NCBI GenBank assembly: GCA_022561055.1
Contig: JADFRY010000003.1
Span: 35,357 to 99,356 of the forward strand
Length of the DNA stretch: 64,000 bases
Source: Nanobdellota archaeon
Lineage (GTDB): Archaea > Nanobdellota > Nanobdellia > Pacearchaeales > GW2011-AR1
Direction: 5' to 3'
Made by a program: the position numbers and the translations under genes
Notes under the pieces: model-generated
Told to the model about the DNA's origin: nothing
The model's input: only the letters and a program-made list of their open reading frames with translations
Database searches by the model: none
Shown: positions 33,991-42,910 of the stretch, one piece after another
How positions within the stretch are numbered: the first letter of the stretch is position 1
How the letters are laid out: every line of letters starts with the position of its first letter

Positions 33991-34622
33991 TAGTTGTTGA
34001 TATAGAAACGAGTGGAAATTTTGAACCTCAAAAAATTGGGATTTGGCAGATAGGGGCAGTTGATTTTGATAATCCTAAAAATACTTTTTTAGAAGAATCA
34101 AGAATTGACGAAGAAGATGAAATAGTTAAAGAAGCTTTAATGATTACAGGTAAAACAGAAAAGGAATTAAGAAATGAGAATAAACAACCTCAAAAAGATT
34201 TGTTAAAAAACTTCTTTGATTGGGCTGCAAAGATTGAGAATAAAACTTTGGTTGCTCATAATACTCCTTTCGACTATGGATTCTTATTTTTAAGAGCTAA
34301 AAAGTATGGATTAGAATTTCCATTTGGATATAAAACATTTGATTTGCATGTGATTGCAGCAGTTAAATATTTTGAGATTAATAGAGAATTTTTAATGGAA
34401 GAAGGAAATAGTAAAATGAATCTGCCAAATATTTTACAAATGTGTGGCATGAAAGACGAGAGAATTCAAATGAAAGATAATAAAATAATTAAAGAAGGTA
34501 AACCTCATAACGCATTAGAAGACGCTAAGTTGACTGCAGAATGTCTATCAAGGATACTTTATGGTAAAGGTTTATTTGAAGAATATAATATATTATCAAT
34601 ACCAGAGGTGTTACGCAAATGA
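33987..34622 (+). CDS. DEDDh 3'-5' exonuclease (DnaQ/RNase T-like) embedded in the r-protein operon
   Basis: ExoI MIVVDIETSG, ExoII LVAHNTPFDYGFL, ExoIII HNALEDAKLTAE. ATGA overlaps with both rpl4 and rpl23. Confidence 0.75.
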   Translation: MIVVDIETSGNFEPQKIGIWQIGAVDFDNPKNTFLEESRIDEEDEIVKEALMITGKTEKELRNENKQPQKDLLKNFFDWAAKIENKTLVAHNTPFDYGFLFLRAKKYGLEFPFGYKTFDLHVIAAVKYFEINREFLMEEGNSKMNLPNILQMCGMKDERIQMKDNKIIKEGKPHNALEDAKLTAECLSRILYGKGLFEEYNILSIPEVLRK

Positions 34623-34861
34623 TACTAAAACCAATTACGTCGGAAAAAGCAGTTAGAATGATTGACTTGGACAATGCTCTTTTGTTTGAAATTGAAAGAA
34701 GATACAGAAAAGCTGATATAAAAAAAGAAGTTGAAAAAAGTTTTGGGGTTAAAGTCGATAAAGTAAGAACGTTAATTAGACATAACAAAAAACTTGCATA
34801 TGTTAAATTAAACAAATCAAATCCGGCAATTGATGTTGCCACGAAGTTGGGGATGATATAA
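34619..34861 (+). CDS. rpl23: Ribosomal protein L23 (uL23)
   Basis: ILKPITSEKAVRMIDLDNALLFEI...; cluster order. Confidence 0.9.
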   Translation: MILKPITSEKAVRMIDLDNALLFEIERRYRKADIKKEVEKSFGVKVDKVRTLIRHNKKLAYVKLNKSNPAIDVATKLGMI

Positions 34862-35224
34862 ATGCAAATACAACTACAATATAGACGAATAACGAGTGAA
34901 CAGGATCTAGCAAATGCTAGAATTAGAGATGTTATGGAGGTTGCTTTAGGAGCAATAAGAGTTGCTCGGGTGGTTTATGAATGGGTAATAAATGGCAAAT
35001 ATGCTTTTATAGAGAGGAGTAATATAAAACCTGAATCAATTGTTAGTTGGAGATCTGATAAATCAATGCTTCAATTTGATGAAGATGGAATAATAAGAAT
35101 TAATCCAGTAAGAAAAAATCCTAATAGAGTTTATATTGATATGAAAATATATAGACCATTATTTAAAGATTATGAGGAAAAAGTTGAAATGTTAAGAGAA
35201 GCAAGATTATGGGAAAGAGAATAA
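34862..35224 (+). CDS. Hypothetical 120-aa protein inserted between rpl23 and rpl2
   Basis: Starts the base after the rpl23 stop (TAAATG). Overlaps the rpl2 start by 16 nt. No recognisable motif. Confidence 0.5.
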   Translation: MQIQLQYRRITSEQDLANARIRDVMEVALGAIRVARVVYEWVINGKYAFIERSNIKPESIVSWRSDKSMLQFDEDGIIRINPVRKNPNRVYIDMKIYRPLFKDYEEKVEMLREARLWERE

Positions 35225-35907
35225 TACAACAGGCAAGAGGAAAAGGAAGTTTAACTTATAGAGTTAGAAAAAAGGCTTTTAAATATAGAGTAGGGTATCC
35301 TTCAAACAGAGGAGAAGCTGAAATTGTAAAAATAATTCATTCTGCTGCACATTCTGCACCTTTAATTAAAACAAAAGTTGATGAAAAAATATTTTTTAAT
35401 GTTGCATTTACCGGTGCTTTTGAAGGTCAGAAGATTATGATTGGAGGAAATGAGCCTGGAGAAGGAAATATAATCATATTAAAAGAAATTCCAATAGCAA
35501 CAAAAATATTCAATATTGAACGAAACCCTGGTGATGGGGGGAAAATGATAAGAACCGCAGGAATTAGTGCTGTTGTTTACAAAAAATATGAAAATAATGA
35601 AATTGGAATTATTATGCCAAATAAAAAAGAAGTTAAATTAAATGAAAATTGCAGAGCTACAATTGGAATTGTTGCAGGAGAAGGAATAAAGCAAAAACCT
35701 TTTATGAAAGCAGGAAAAATGTTTCACAAAAAGAAAGCAAAAAGTAAATTGTGGCCTAGAGTTTCTGCTGTTTGTATGAATGCAGTTGATCATCCATTTG
35801 GTTCTGGCAGAGGCAAAAGAATCAAATCAAAAATTGCTAAAAGAAATGCTCCTCCTGGAAGAAAGGTTGGTCATTTAAGACCGAAAAAAACAGGTAAGAA
35901 AAGATAA
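35209..35907 (+). CDS. rpl2: Ribosomal protein L2 (uL2)
   Basis: MGKRIIQQARGKGS..., MNAVDHPFGSGRGK. Confidence 0.95.
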   Translation: MGKRIIQQARGKGSLTYRVRKKAFKYRVGYPSNRGEAEIVKIIHSAAHSAPLIKTKVDEKIFFNVAFTGAFEGQKIMIGGNEPGEGNIIILKEIPIATKIFNIERNPGDGGKMIRTAGISAVVYKKYENNEIGIIMPNKKEVKLNENCRATIGIVAGEGIKQKPFMKAGKMFHKKKAKSKLWPRVSAVCMNAVDHPFGSGRGKRIKSKIAKRNAPPGRKVGHLRPKKTGKKR

Positions 35908-35908
35908 A

Positions 35909-36313
35909 ATGGTAGAAGAAGTAAGAGTTAGGTCAAAGGAAAAGAAATACAGAGGACAAAGTCTGGATTTTCTGAAAGGTCTTGACGTTAGAGAGTCTGC
36001 TAAATATTTAACTGCGAGAAGCAGAAGAAGTGTTCTAAGAAACTTTGATGTTATTGAGAAATTTATTAAATTGTGTGAGAAAAAAATTGAAAGGAAAAAG
36101 AAAATCAGAACTCACTTGAGGGACATCGTTATTGTTCCGAAATTTGTTGGCATGACTATTGGTGTTCATAATGGAAAATCTTTCCAGGATGTTGATATTA
36201 CTCTTGAAATGATTGGACATCGGCTTGGAGAATTCGCTCTAACAAGAAGCAAAGTGACACATTCATCTGCAGGAGTTGGAGCAACTAAAGGTTCGAGGGC
36301 AAAGAAAAAATAA
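35909..36313 (+). CDS. rps19: Ribosomal protein S19 (uS19)
   Basis: MIGHRLGEFALTRS, GVHNGKSF. Confidence 0.95.
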   Translation: MVEEVRVRSKEKKYRGQSLDFLKGLDVRESAKYLTARSRRSVLRNFDVIEKFIKLCEKKIERKKKIRTHLRDIVIVPKFVGMTIGVHNGKSFQDVDITLEMIGHRLGEFALTRSKVTHSSAGVGATKGSRAKKK

Positions 36314-36314
36314 A

Positions 36315-36887
36315 ATGGTTGAAGAAAATAAAATAAAAAATGAAGAAAATGTGAAGAAAGAAAAAGTAGTTGAGACTAAAACAGAGGAGAAAGTAGAGAA
36401 GATAGAAGGAAAAAAAATAGAAGCAGAAAAAAAAGAACCTGAAAAAAAAGGAAAAAGGAAAAAGGAAAAACCTAAGATTAAGAAAGAAGAAGCAATTGCT
36501 TGGGGAAGAAATTTACATATTTCTAAAAAACAAGGAGTTTACATTTGCGAGTTCATAAAAAATAAAAAGATAGATGGTGCTATTAAAGATATTGAAGAAG
36601 TTATCAAACTTAAAAGAGCAATTCCTTTCAAGGGAGAGATTCCTCACAGGAAAGGAAAGGGAATTATGTCTGGAAGATATCCTGTAAAAGCAACTAAACT
36701 TTTTATAAATGTTCTGAAAGCACTTAGAGGTAATAGTATTGTTAATGGCTTAGACTTAGACAAAACAAGAATTTACTTTGCTTCGGCAAGTTGGGCGTCA
36801 AGACCCATGAGAAGCAGGAGTAGACGAGCAAAAAGAACCAATGTTATATTAAAAGCAAGGGAAATTTCAGAGGTAAAAAAGCAGTAA
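36315..36887 (+). CDS. rpl22: Ribosomal protein L22 (uL22) with a K/E-rich N-terminal extension of about 55 aa
   Basis: ISKKQGVYICEFIKNKKIDGAIKDIEEV... core. I prefer ATG 36315 (2 nt after the rps19 stop) over the ORF-track start at 36276. Confidence 0.9.
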   Translation: MVEENKIKNEENVKKEKVVETKTEEKVEKIEGKKIEAEKKEPEKKGKRKKEKPKIKKEEAIAWGRNLHISKKQGVYICEFIKNKKIDGAIKDIEEVIKLKRAIPFKGEIPHRKGKGIMSGRYPVKATKLFINVLKALRGNSIVNGLDLDKTRIYFASASWASRPMRSRSRRAKRTNVILKAREISEVKKQ

Positions 36888-36888
36888 A

Positions 36889-37602
36889 ATGGAAGAGAAA
36901 AAATTCGTGAAGTTTAAAGAAGAAGAATTGGGGATTAAAGAATATATTAAAAATTCTTTAGGCAAGGGCAGAATTAGTGATGTTCGAATAGAGTATAATC
37001 CTGTTGGAGAGAAAATTATAGTTTCAACTAACAAGCCTGGCTTGGTTATTGGAAGAAAGGGTGAAAAAATTGGTGAATTAACAAATGTCTTAAAAAAAAG
37101 ATTTAGTCTTGATAACCCCCATATTGAGATAATAGACATTCCGAATATTTTCCTCGACGCGCAGTTAGTAGCCGATTCGATTGCACTCAACCTTGAAAGA
37201 AGAGGTTCTCTTAAATTTAAATTAATAGCTTATAGGATGTTGCAAGATATTATGAAGGCTGGCGCCCTTGGTGCAGAGCTCGTGTTATCTGGGAAATTGC
37301 CAAGTGATAGAGCAAGGACCTGGAGATTTGCTCAAGGATATATGAAAAAGACGGGAGATCCTGCAAAACTAGTTAAAAAAGCTATAGCACAAGCAAAAAC
37401 TGTTTCGGGAGTTGTAGGGATTAAAGTGAGCATTCTCCTACCAGATTTCATTTTTCATGACAAGATTGTTATTGATGAATCTTTAAGAAATAAAGTTAAA
37501 GAAGATGTGAAAGAAAATGAAGATAAAGAAAAACTAAAGAAGAAAACAAGAAAAAAATCAAATAAGACAGTTAAGAAGAAAAGCAAGGAGACGAAGAAAT
37601 AA
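36889..37602 (+). CDS. rps3: Ribosomal protein S3 (uS3) with K-rich C-tail
   Basis: KH domain VSTNKPGLVIGRKGEKIGEL; cluster order. Confidence 0.95.
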   Translation: MEEKKFVKFKEEELGIKEYIKNSLGKGRISDVRIEYNPVGEKIIVSTNKPGLVIGRKGEKIGELTNVLKKRFSLDNPHIEIIDIPNIFLDAQLVADSIALNLERRGSLKFKLIAYRMLQDIMKAGALGAELVLSGKLPSDRARTWRFAQGYMKKTGDPAKLVKKAIAQAKTVSGVVGIKVSILLPDFIFHDKIVIDESLRNKVKEDVKENEDKEKLKKKTRKKSNKTVKKKSKETKK

Positions 37603-37608
37603 GTTCAA

Positions 37609-37830
37609 ATGGCAATCTTAAAGGCTAAAGATATTAAAAGAATGGATAAGAAGACAAGGAATGAAAAGCTGAAAGACCTTAGATTAGAATTAATAAAAGC
37701 AAATGTGAGTGCAAACAAAACAAATGCTAAAACCAAAGAAATTAAAAGAGCAATTGCGCGTCTTCTTACATATGATAGAGTTAGTATGTTCAACAAATCT
37801 GAAAATCCAAGGAAAGTTGAAATAAAATAA
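37609..37830 (+). CDS. rpl29: Ribosomal protein L29 (uL29)
   Basis: LKAKDIKRMDKKTRNEKLKDLRLELIK. Confidence 0.9.
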   Translation: MAILKAKDIKRMDKKTRNEKLKDLRLELIKANVSANKTNAKTKEIKRAIARLLTYDRVSMFNKSENPRKVEIK

Positions 37831-37832
37831 AC

Positions 37833-38132
37833 ATGGAGATAGATCCAAGAACTGGCTTGCCTGTTGAGGCTATCGCGTGGGAAGACCTCGCAAAAAGCGA
37901 ACAGAAGATAAAAGTGATAACTGAGAAACGAAGATACGGGAAGATTATTACCTGTATATCGGGTTTTGACAAGAGCATTGATATAAAGGGTACGGCAAAA
38001 ACTTTAAAAGCTGAACTCGCTTGCGGGGGAACTGTCAAAGACAGTATAATTGAACTCCAAGGAAACCACAAAAAACAAGTAAAACCGATTTTGGTTAAGC
38101 TTGGTTTTCCTGAAGAGTTAATTATTAATTAG
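37833..38132 (+). CDS. sui1: Translation initiation factor aIF1 (SUI1)
   Basis: RRYGKIITCISGFD...LKAELACGGTVKDSIIELQGNH. Confidence 0.9.
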   Translation: MEIDPRTGLPVEAIAWEDLAKSEQKIKVITEKRRYGKIITCISGFDKSIDIKGTAKTLKAELACGGTVKDSIIELQGNHKKQVKPILVKLGFPEELIIN

Positions 38133-38143
38133 CTTAAAAGCTA

Positions 38144-38157
38144 AGCTTTAAAAACGC
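38144..38157 (+). promoter_or_regulatory. TATA-like box inside the r-protein cluster, upstream of rps17
   Basis: AAGCTTTAAAAACG about 50 nt before the rps17 ATG. Followed by hairpin GAAAGTC-GTA-GACTTTC (38179-38195). Confidence 0.35.
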
Positions 38158-38202
38158 GAAAAGGGTGATGGAAAAAAGGAAAGTCGTAGACTTTCGTAGA
38201 GA

Positions 38203-38520
38203 ATGATAGAAAAAACTAAAGAAATAAAAGTGAGAAAAGAAAAGAAAAAAATAGTTGGAACTCGTGGAAGAGTGTTTCAAGGTTATGTAACAAAAAAATT
38301 TGAGAAAAGAGTAGTAATTGAATTTGATAGAACAATTTATATTCCTAAATATGAAAGATTCGCTAAAAATAAAACAAGACTTCATGCTCATGTGCCAGAA
38401 GGCATGAAAATTGAAGTTGGAGATTATGTTAAAGCAAGAGAATGTAGACCTTTGAGTAAGATAATTCATTTTGTTGTTATTGATGTTTTAAGGAGGAATG
38501 ATGAGACCAATATCAGCTAG
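38203..38520 (+). CDS. rps17: Ribosomal protein S17 (uS17)
   Basis: GTRGRVFQGYVTKKFEKRVVIEFD...HAHVPEGMKIEVGDYVKARECRPLSK. Confidence 0.95.
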   Translation: MIEKTKEIKVRKEKKKIVGTRGRVFQGYVTKKFEKRVVIEFDRTIYIPKYERFAKNKTRLHAHVPEGMKIEVGDYVKARECRPLSKIIHFVVIDVLRRNDETNIS

Positions 38521-38902
38521 AGCAACCCGTAGTTTGAACATAGGAAGTCATGTTTTGGTTAGTGATAATAGCGGGGCAAGAATTGGGAAAATAGTCAGTG
38601 TGAAAAAAGGAAAGGTTTCTAAAGGAACACAACAATATGCCAAGATAAGTGACTGGGTCAAGGTTTCTGTAAGGGCTGGAAAGCCTGATATGAAGGGAGA
38701 AGTTTTTGACGCTATTGTAATAAGGCAGAAAAAACCTTACAGGAGAAAAACTGGAGAAAGAGTAATGTTTGAAGATAATGCTGTTGCTTTGTTAAAAGAC
38801 GAAAGAGGAAATCCTAAGGGAACACAAATTAAAGGCCCTGTTGCAAAAGAAGTAGCTGAAAGGTGGAAAGCAGTCGGGAAGATTGCACAGTTTGTGTTAT
38901 AA
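38498..38902 (+). CDS. rpl14: Ribosomal protein L14 (uL14)
   Basis: LNIGSHVLVSDNSGARIGKIV... Confidence 0.95.
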   Translation: MMRPISARATRSLNIGSHVLVSDNSGARIGKIVSVKKGKVSKGTQQYAKISDWVKVSVRAGKPDMKGEVFDAIVIRQKKPYRRKTGERVMFEDNAVALLKDERGNPKGTQIKGPVAKEVAERWKAVGKIAQFVL

Positions 38903-38912
38903 ACTAAGTACT

Positions 38913-39353
38913 ATGAAACAAAAATTTTCTACTCATTGGTTATCAAGTAAGCAGCCAAGAAAACAAAGAAAATATAGATTAAATGCTCCTTTGCACTTGA
39001 AGCATAAGTTTTTAAACGCACATCTATCGAAAGAATTAAGGAATAAGTATGGCAAGAGAAGCTTTCCTATAAGAAAGGGAGATGAAGTGCTTGTCATGCG
39101 AGGAAGTTTTGCTAAGAAGAAAGGTAAAATTCTTGAAGTTAACCTTAAAAAAAGTAAAGTCACGATTGAAGGAATTAACAGAAGAAAGAGTGATGGAACT
39201 AAAGTTAATGTTTATCTTAATGCAAGTAATTTACAAATTCAATCTTTGAATCTCGAGGATAGAAAGAGAATTAAGGCATTAAATAGGGGAAAAGTAGAAA
39301 AGTTTAAAGAAGAAAACAAAACTGAGGAAAAAAATGTATCTAAAGAGAGCTAA
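38913..39353 (+). CDS. rpl24: Ribosomal protein L24 (uL24)
   Basis: KOW GDEVLVMRGSFAKKKGKILEV. I prefer the start at MKQKFS (38913) over 38883. Confidence 0.9.
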   Translation: MKQKFSTHWLSSKQPRKQRKYRLNAPLHLKHKFLNAHLSKELRNKYGKRSFPIRKGDEVLVMRGSFAKKKGKILEVNLKKSKVTIEGINRRKSDGTKVNVYLNASNLQIQSLNLEDRKRIKALNRGKVEKFKEENKTEEKNVSKES

Positions 39354-39957
39354 GGCAATTAAAAAATTGCCTATACGAAGAAAGGGAACGAAATATGTAG
39401 CAAGAGCTTCTAGTCATATCAAAGATGGTGTTCCTGTTGTTATTGCTGTTAGAGATATGTTGGGTTTGGCTAAAACTGCCAAAGAAGTTAAGGAAATAAT
39501 AAAAGAAAAATTAATAAAAATAAATGGAAAGATCGTTAAAAACCCTAAGGAAAGTATAAGGTTATTTAATGTTCTGGAGATAGGGAAAAAATATAGATTA
39601 ACTATTTTACCAACCGGAAAATTTTCATTTGAAGAGATAAAAGATAGTGTAAGATTGTGTAAGATAATTAATAAAAAAATCTTGAGAGGTAAAAAGATTC
39701 AATTAAATTTTCATGATGGAACCAATATTCTATCAAATGAAAATATAAATATTGGGGATTCAATTGAACTCGATTTTGATGGAAAAATAAGAAAAGTAAT
39801 TTCTTTTGAAAAGGGAAAAAACTCTTTTGTTATTTCTGGGAGGAGTGTTGGTTTGATTGGAGTAGTTAAAGGGTTGGGCAGCAGAAAAGTAATAATCAAA
39901 TTTAAAGATAGTGACAAGGAGGTTGAACTTGATAAAAGTCATGTAATTGTAATATGA
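39334..39957 (+). CDS. rps4e: Ribosomal protein S4e (eS4)
   Basis: KRAKAIKKLPIRRKGTKYVARASSH...; cluster order. Confidence 0.9.
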   Translation: MYLKRAKAIKKLPIRRKGTKYVARASSHIKDGVPVVIAVRDMLGLAKTAKEVKEIIKEKLIKINGKIVKNPKESIRLFNVLEIGKKYRLTILPTGKFSFEEIKDSVRLCKIINKKILRGKKIQLNFHDGTNILSNENINIGDSIELDFDGKIRKVISFEKGKNSFVISGRSVGLIGVVKGLGSRKVIIKFKDSDKEVELDKSHVIVI

Positions 39958-40481
39958 ACGAATTAAAACAAAAAATTATGAATGTAATGCGAACACCGAA
40001 GATTAGTAAAGTTGTTTTAAGCGCAGGAGCGACAGGAGATAACTTGGAAAAGTCAAGAAAGCTTCTAGCTCTTATTAGCGGCATGAATCCGCAAATAGTA
40101 AAGGCTGGTCCAAGAAGAAGAATTCCTGCTTTTGGAGTTAGACCTGGTTTGCCTTTAGGAACTAGAGTAACGCTTGGAGGAAAAAAATCTATTGCTTTAT
40201 TAAGAAAACTTTTAGGAGCAATTGATAATACTTTAAGAAAAAATCAAATTAATGATAATCACTTCTCTTTTGGCATAAAGGAATATATAGAAATACCTGG
40301 CGCAGAATATGTAAGAGAAATCGGAATAAGAGGATTCAATGTGACTGTTGTTTTTGAAAGGGCTGGTTTAAGAGTTAAAAAAAAGAAAATAAAATCAGGA
40401 CATATTCCCAAAAAACAACATGTTTCTAAAGAAGAAATAATAAAATTTATGGAGGAAAAGTTTAAGACTGTATTTATTTAA
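39954..40481 (+). CDS. rpl5: Ribosomal protein L5 (uL5)
   Basis: MRTPKISKVVLSAGATGD...FSFGIKEYIEIPG. Confidence 0.95.
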   Translation: MNELKQKIMNVMRTPKISKVVLSAGATGDNLEKSRKLLALISGMNPQIVKAGPRRRIPAFGVRPGLPLGTRVTLGGKKSIALLRKLLGAIDNTLRKNQINDNHFSFGIKEYIEIPGAEYVREIGIRGFNVTVVFERAGLRVKKKKIKSGHIPKKQHVSKEEIIKFMEEKFKTVFI

Positions 40482-40482
40482 A

Positions 40483-40713
40483 ATGACAGCTTCAGATTGG
40501 AATAAAATTTTGAGGCAATTGAAAGCTAAACCTGTTATAGCTAAAAGATTTTTGAAGCATAACAAGCCGAGAGACAGAAAAACCGGAATTGCTGCCCAGA
40601 AGTGTAAAAGGTGCGGGAGATTTGGCGCCCATCTTAATCAATATAACTTACATTTGTGCAGGCATTGTTTCAGAGAAATTGCAGAAGAAATAGGATTTAA
40701 AAAATATAGTTAG
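40483..40713 (+). CDS. rps14: Ribosomal protein S14 (uS14), zinc-binding type
   Basis: CKRCGRFGAHLNQYNLHLCRHCFRE. Confidence 0.9.
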   Translation: MTASDWNKILRQLKAKPVIAKRFLKHNKPRDRKTGIAAQKCKRCGRFGAHLNQYNLHLCRHCFREIAEEIGFKKYS

Positions 40714-40722
40714 GAATTTAAA

Positions 40723-41097
40723 ATGAGCCAGGATATTGTCGCAGATGCATTGAACCAGATTATGAATGCAAAAAGAGCCAGAAAGAGCTCTGCCTCTATT
40801 AAAAGACATTCTAAACTTTTATTGTCAATTTTAGCTATCGGAAAATTAAAGGGATATATCAAAGAGTATAGAACTGATGGAACGCATTTAGATGTAGAAT
40901 TTGAAAAATTAAATTCGTGTAAAGCAATAAAACCTAGATATGTTGTAAAAACAAAAATGATTGATAAATATGTAAGAAGATATCTTCCAGCAAGAAATAT
41001 TGGAATACTTATCATATCAACAAATAAAGGTTTAATGACTCATCAAACAGCTATAGAAAAAAATCTTGGAGGAAGCGTTGTTGCTTATTTTTACTAA
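40723..41097 (+). CDS. rps8: Ribosomal protein S8 (uS8)
   Basis: DIVADALNQIMNAKRARK...GILIISTNKGLMTH. Confidence 0.95.
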   Translation: MSQDIVADALNQIMNAKRARKSSASIKRHSKLLLSILAIGKLKGYIKEYRTDGTHLDVEFEKLNSCKAIKPRYVVKTKMIDKYVRRYLPARNIGILIISTNKGLMTHQTAIEKNLGGSVVAYFY

Positions 41098-41098
41098 A

Positions 41099-41641
41099 AT
41101 GAGACATCCATATTCTACAAATATAAAAATCCTTGAAGGAATAAACTGTGAATTTAATAATAATATTCTGAAATGTAAGAAGGAGAATATAGAGACATCT
41201 AGAAAAATATTAGTTCGCGGCAGTGAAATAGAGTTGTCCGACGGTAATATAAGATTAACTTGTGAAAAAGCTAATAAAAAAACTATTGCGATGATAAAAT
41301 CTGCGTCTTCTCACATACAAAATATGTTGAATGGTTTAGAAGAAAAATTTGTTTATAAGTTAGAAATTTGTCATGTTCATTTTCCGATGACTGTTAAAGT
41401 TGAAGGAAATAAAGTAGTTATTAGTAATTTCTTAGGAGAAAAGGAAAGTAGAACTGCAGATATACTTTCTGATGTCAATGTTGAAGTAAAGGGCAATGAA
41501 ATTACAATTTCAAGTCGCGATATAGAAAAAGCTGGACAAACATCTGCGAATATAGAAAAGGCTACAAGAGTTCCTAAAAAAGACAAGAGGGTTTTCCAGG
41601 ACGGCATTTTTTTAACAGAAAAACCGAGAGGTAAAATTTAA
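41099..41641 (+). CDS. rpl6: Ribosomal protein L6 (uL6)
   Basis: Cluster position; FVYKLEICHVHFPMTVKVEGNKVVISNFLGEK. I prefer the start at MRHPYS. Confidence 0.9.
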   Translation: MRHPYSTNIKILEGINCEFNNNILKCKKENIETSRKILVRGSEIELSDGNIRLTCEKANKKTIAMIKSASSHIQNMLNGLEEKFVYKLEICHVHFPMTVKVEGNKVVISNFLGEKESRTADILSDVNVEVKGNEITISSRDIEKAGQTSANIEKATRVPKKDKRVFQDGIFLTEKPRGKI

Positions 41642-41643
41642 CA

Positions 41644-42018
41644 ATGAAAATGAAAAAAAAGAAATTTATTAGAACTGATAGTAATAGATTTTCAAAAATT
41701 GGCAGGAAAAGGAAAAAGTTACAAAAATGGAGGCGACCTAAGGGAAGAGATAATAAAATGAGAGAGAAGAGATTTGGTTATCCGCGATTGCCAACAGTGG
41801 GACAAAAGACTCCTAAAAAAGAAATTGGCAAAATTAGAGGTATGAAGCCTTATTTAGTTTATAATGTGAAAGACCTTGACAAGACAAATAAAAAAACTAT
41901 TCTTATTATTGGCAGGGTAGGGGCTAAGAAAAGATTAGAGATTATAAAAAAAGCTCTTGAAATGAAATTAAAAATATCTAATATAAAGAATTTGAGGAAG
42001 GAAAATGAAACTAAATAA
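41644..42018 (+). CDS. rpl32e: Ribosomal protein L32e (eL32)
   Basis: FIRTDSNRFSKIGRKRKKLQKWRRPKGRDNKMR. Confidence 0.9.
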   Translation: MKMKKKKFIRTDSNRFSKIGRKRKKLQKWRRPKGRDNKMREKRFGYPRLPTVGQKTPKKEIGKIRGMKPYLVYNVKDLDKTNKKTILIIGRVGAKKRLEIIKKALEMKLKISNIKNLRKENETK

Positions 42019-42424
42019 TAAAAAAGAATTGGCGGTAAGAACACTGGGTATTGGAAAAGATAGGATTTTGTTTAATAAAGAAAGACTTGAGGAAATAAAA
42101 GAAGCAATTACTAAACAAGACATTAGAGACCTTGTAAAAGATAAGGCAATAATTATAAAAGAAATTAAAGGGTCTAAAAAAAGAAAAAAAAGAAAAACAA
42201 GAAGAAGGAAGGGGAGCATAAAGAAAAAGGTTAAGACAAGAAAGAGGGATTATATGATTATTACGAGAAAACTTAGGGCTTATGCTTTAGAACTCAAAAA
42301 GCGAGGGGCTTTGGGTCTTGAAGAATATAGGAAAATAAGGAAAGAGATTAGAGCGAAAGAATTCAGGAGTAAAGCACATATGAAGGAGAGTATATCAAGT
42401 TTGCTTAAAGACAATAAACAATGA
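42005..42424 (+). CDS. rpl19e: Ribosomal protein L19e (eL19)
   Basis: LNNKKELAVRTLGIGKDRILF...; cluster order. Confidence 0.9.
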   Translation: MKLNNKKELAVRTLGIGKDRILFNKERLEEIKEAITKQDIRDLVKDKAIIIKEIKGSKKRKKRKTRRRKGSIKKKVKTRKRDYMIITRKLRAYALELKKRGALGLEEYRKIRKEIRAKEFRSKAHMKESISSLLKDNKQ

Positions 42425-42906
42425 AAAAAATAGGAAGAACTATAAGACGAAGAAGGAAAGAAGGAAAAACTGATTATAAAGCAAGACTTGGATTCTTAAA
42501 ATCTGGAAAACCGAGAGCAATAGTTAGAAAAACAAATAGATATATTATTGGCCAGATAGTTATTTCTGATATTGCTCAAGATAAAGTAATTGTTAGTGTT
42601 AATTCTAAGGATTTATTATCTCATGGATGGCCTAGTGAATTGAAAGGCAGTCTAAAAAATCTATCTGCCTGTTATTTAACTGGCTTTTTGCTTGGAAAAA
42701 AATCAAAAGATATTAAAGAAGCCATATTTGATATTGGGTTACATAGAAATGTCAAAAAATCACGCCTTTATGCTTTTTTGAAAGGCCTTATTGATTCAGG
42801 AATAGAGCTTCCTTATAACAAAGAAGCGTTACCTAGTGATGAAGAAATTAAAAAGAATGAAAAAACTGCAGATTTAATTGAAAAAATTAAAGGAGGTTTG
42901 AAGTAA
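42421..42906 (+). CDS. rpl18: Ribosomal protein L18 (uL18)
   Basis: RRRKEGKTDYKARLGFLKSGKPRAIVRKTNRYIIGQIV. Confidence 0.95.
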   Translation: MKKIGRTIRRRRKEGKTDYKARLGFLKSGKPRAIVRKTNRYIIGQIVISDIAQDKVIVSVNSKDLLSHGWPSELKGSLKNLSACYLTGFLLGKKSKDIKEAIFDIGLHRNVKKSRLYAFLKGLIDSGIELPYNKEALPSDEEIKKNEKTADLIEKIKGGLK

Positions 42907-42910
42907 GAAT

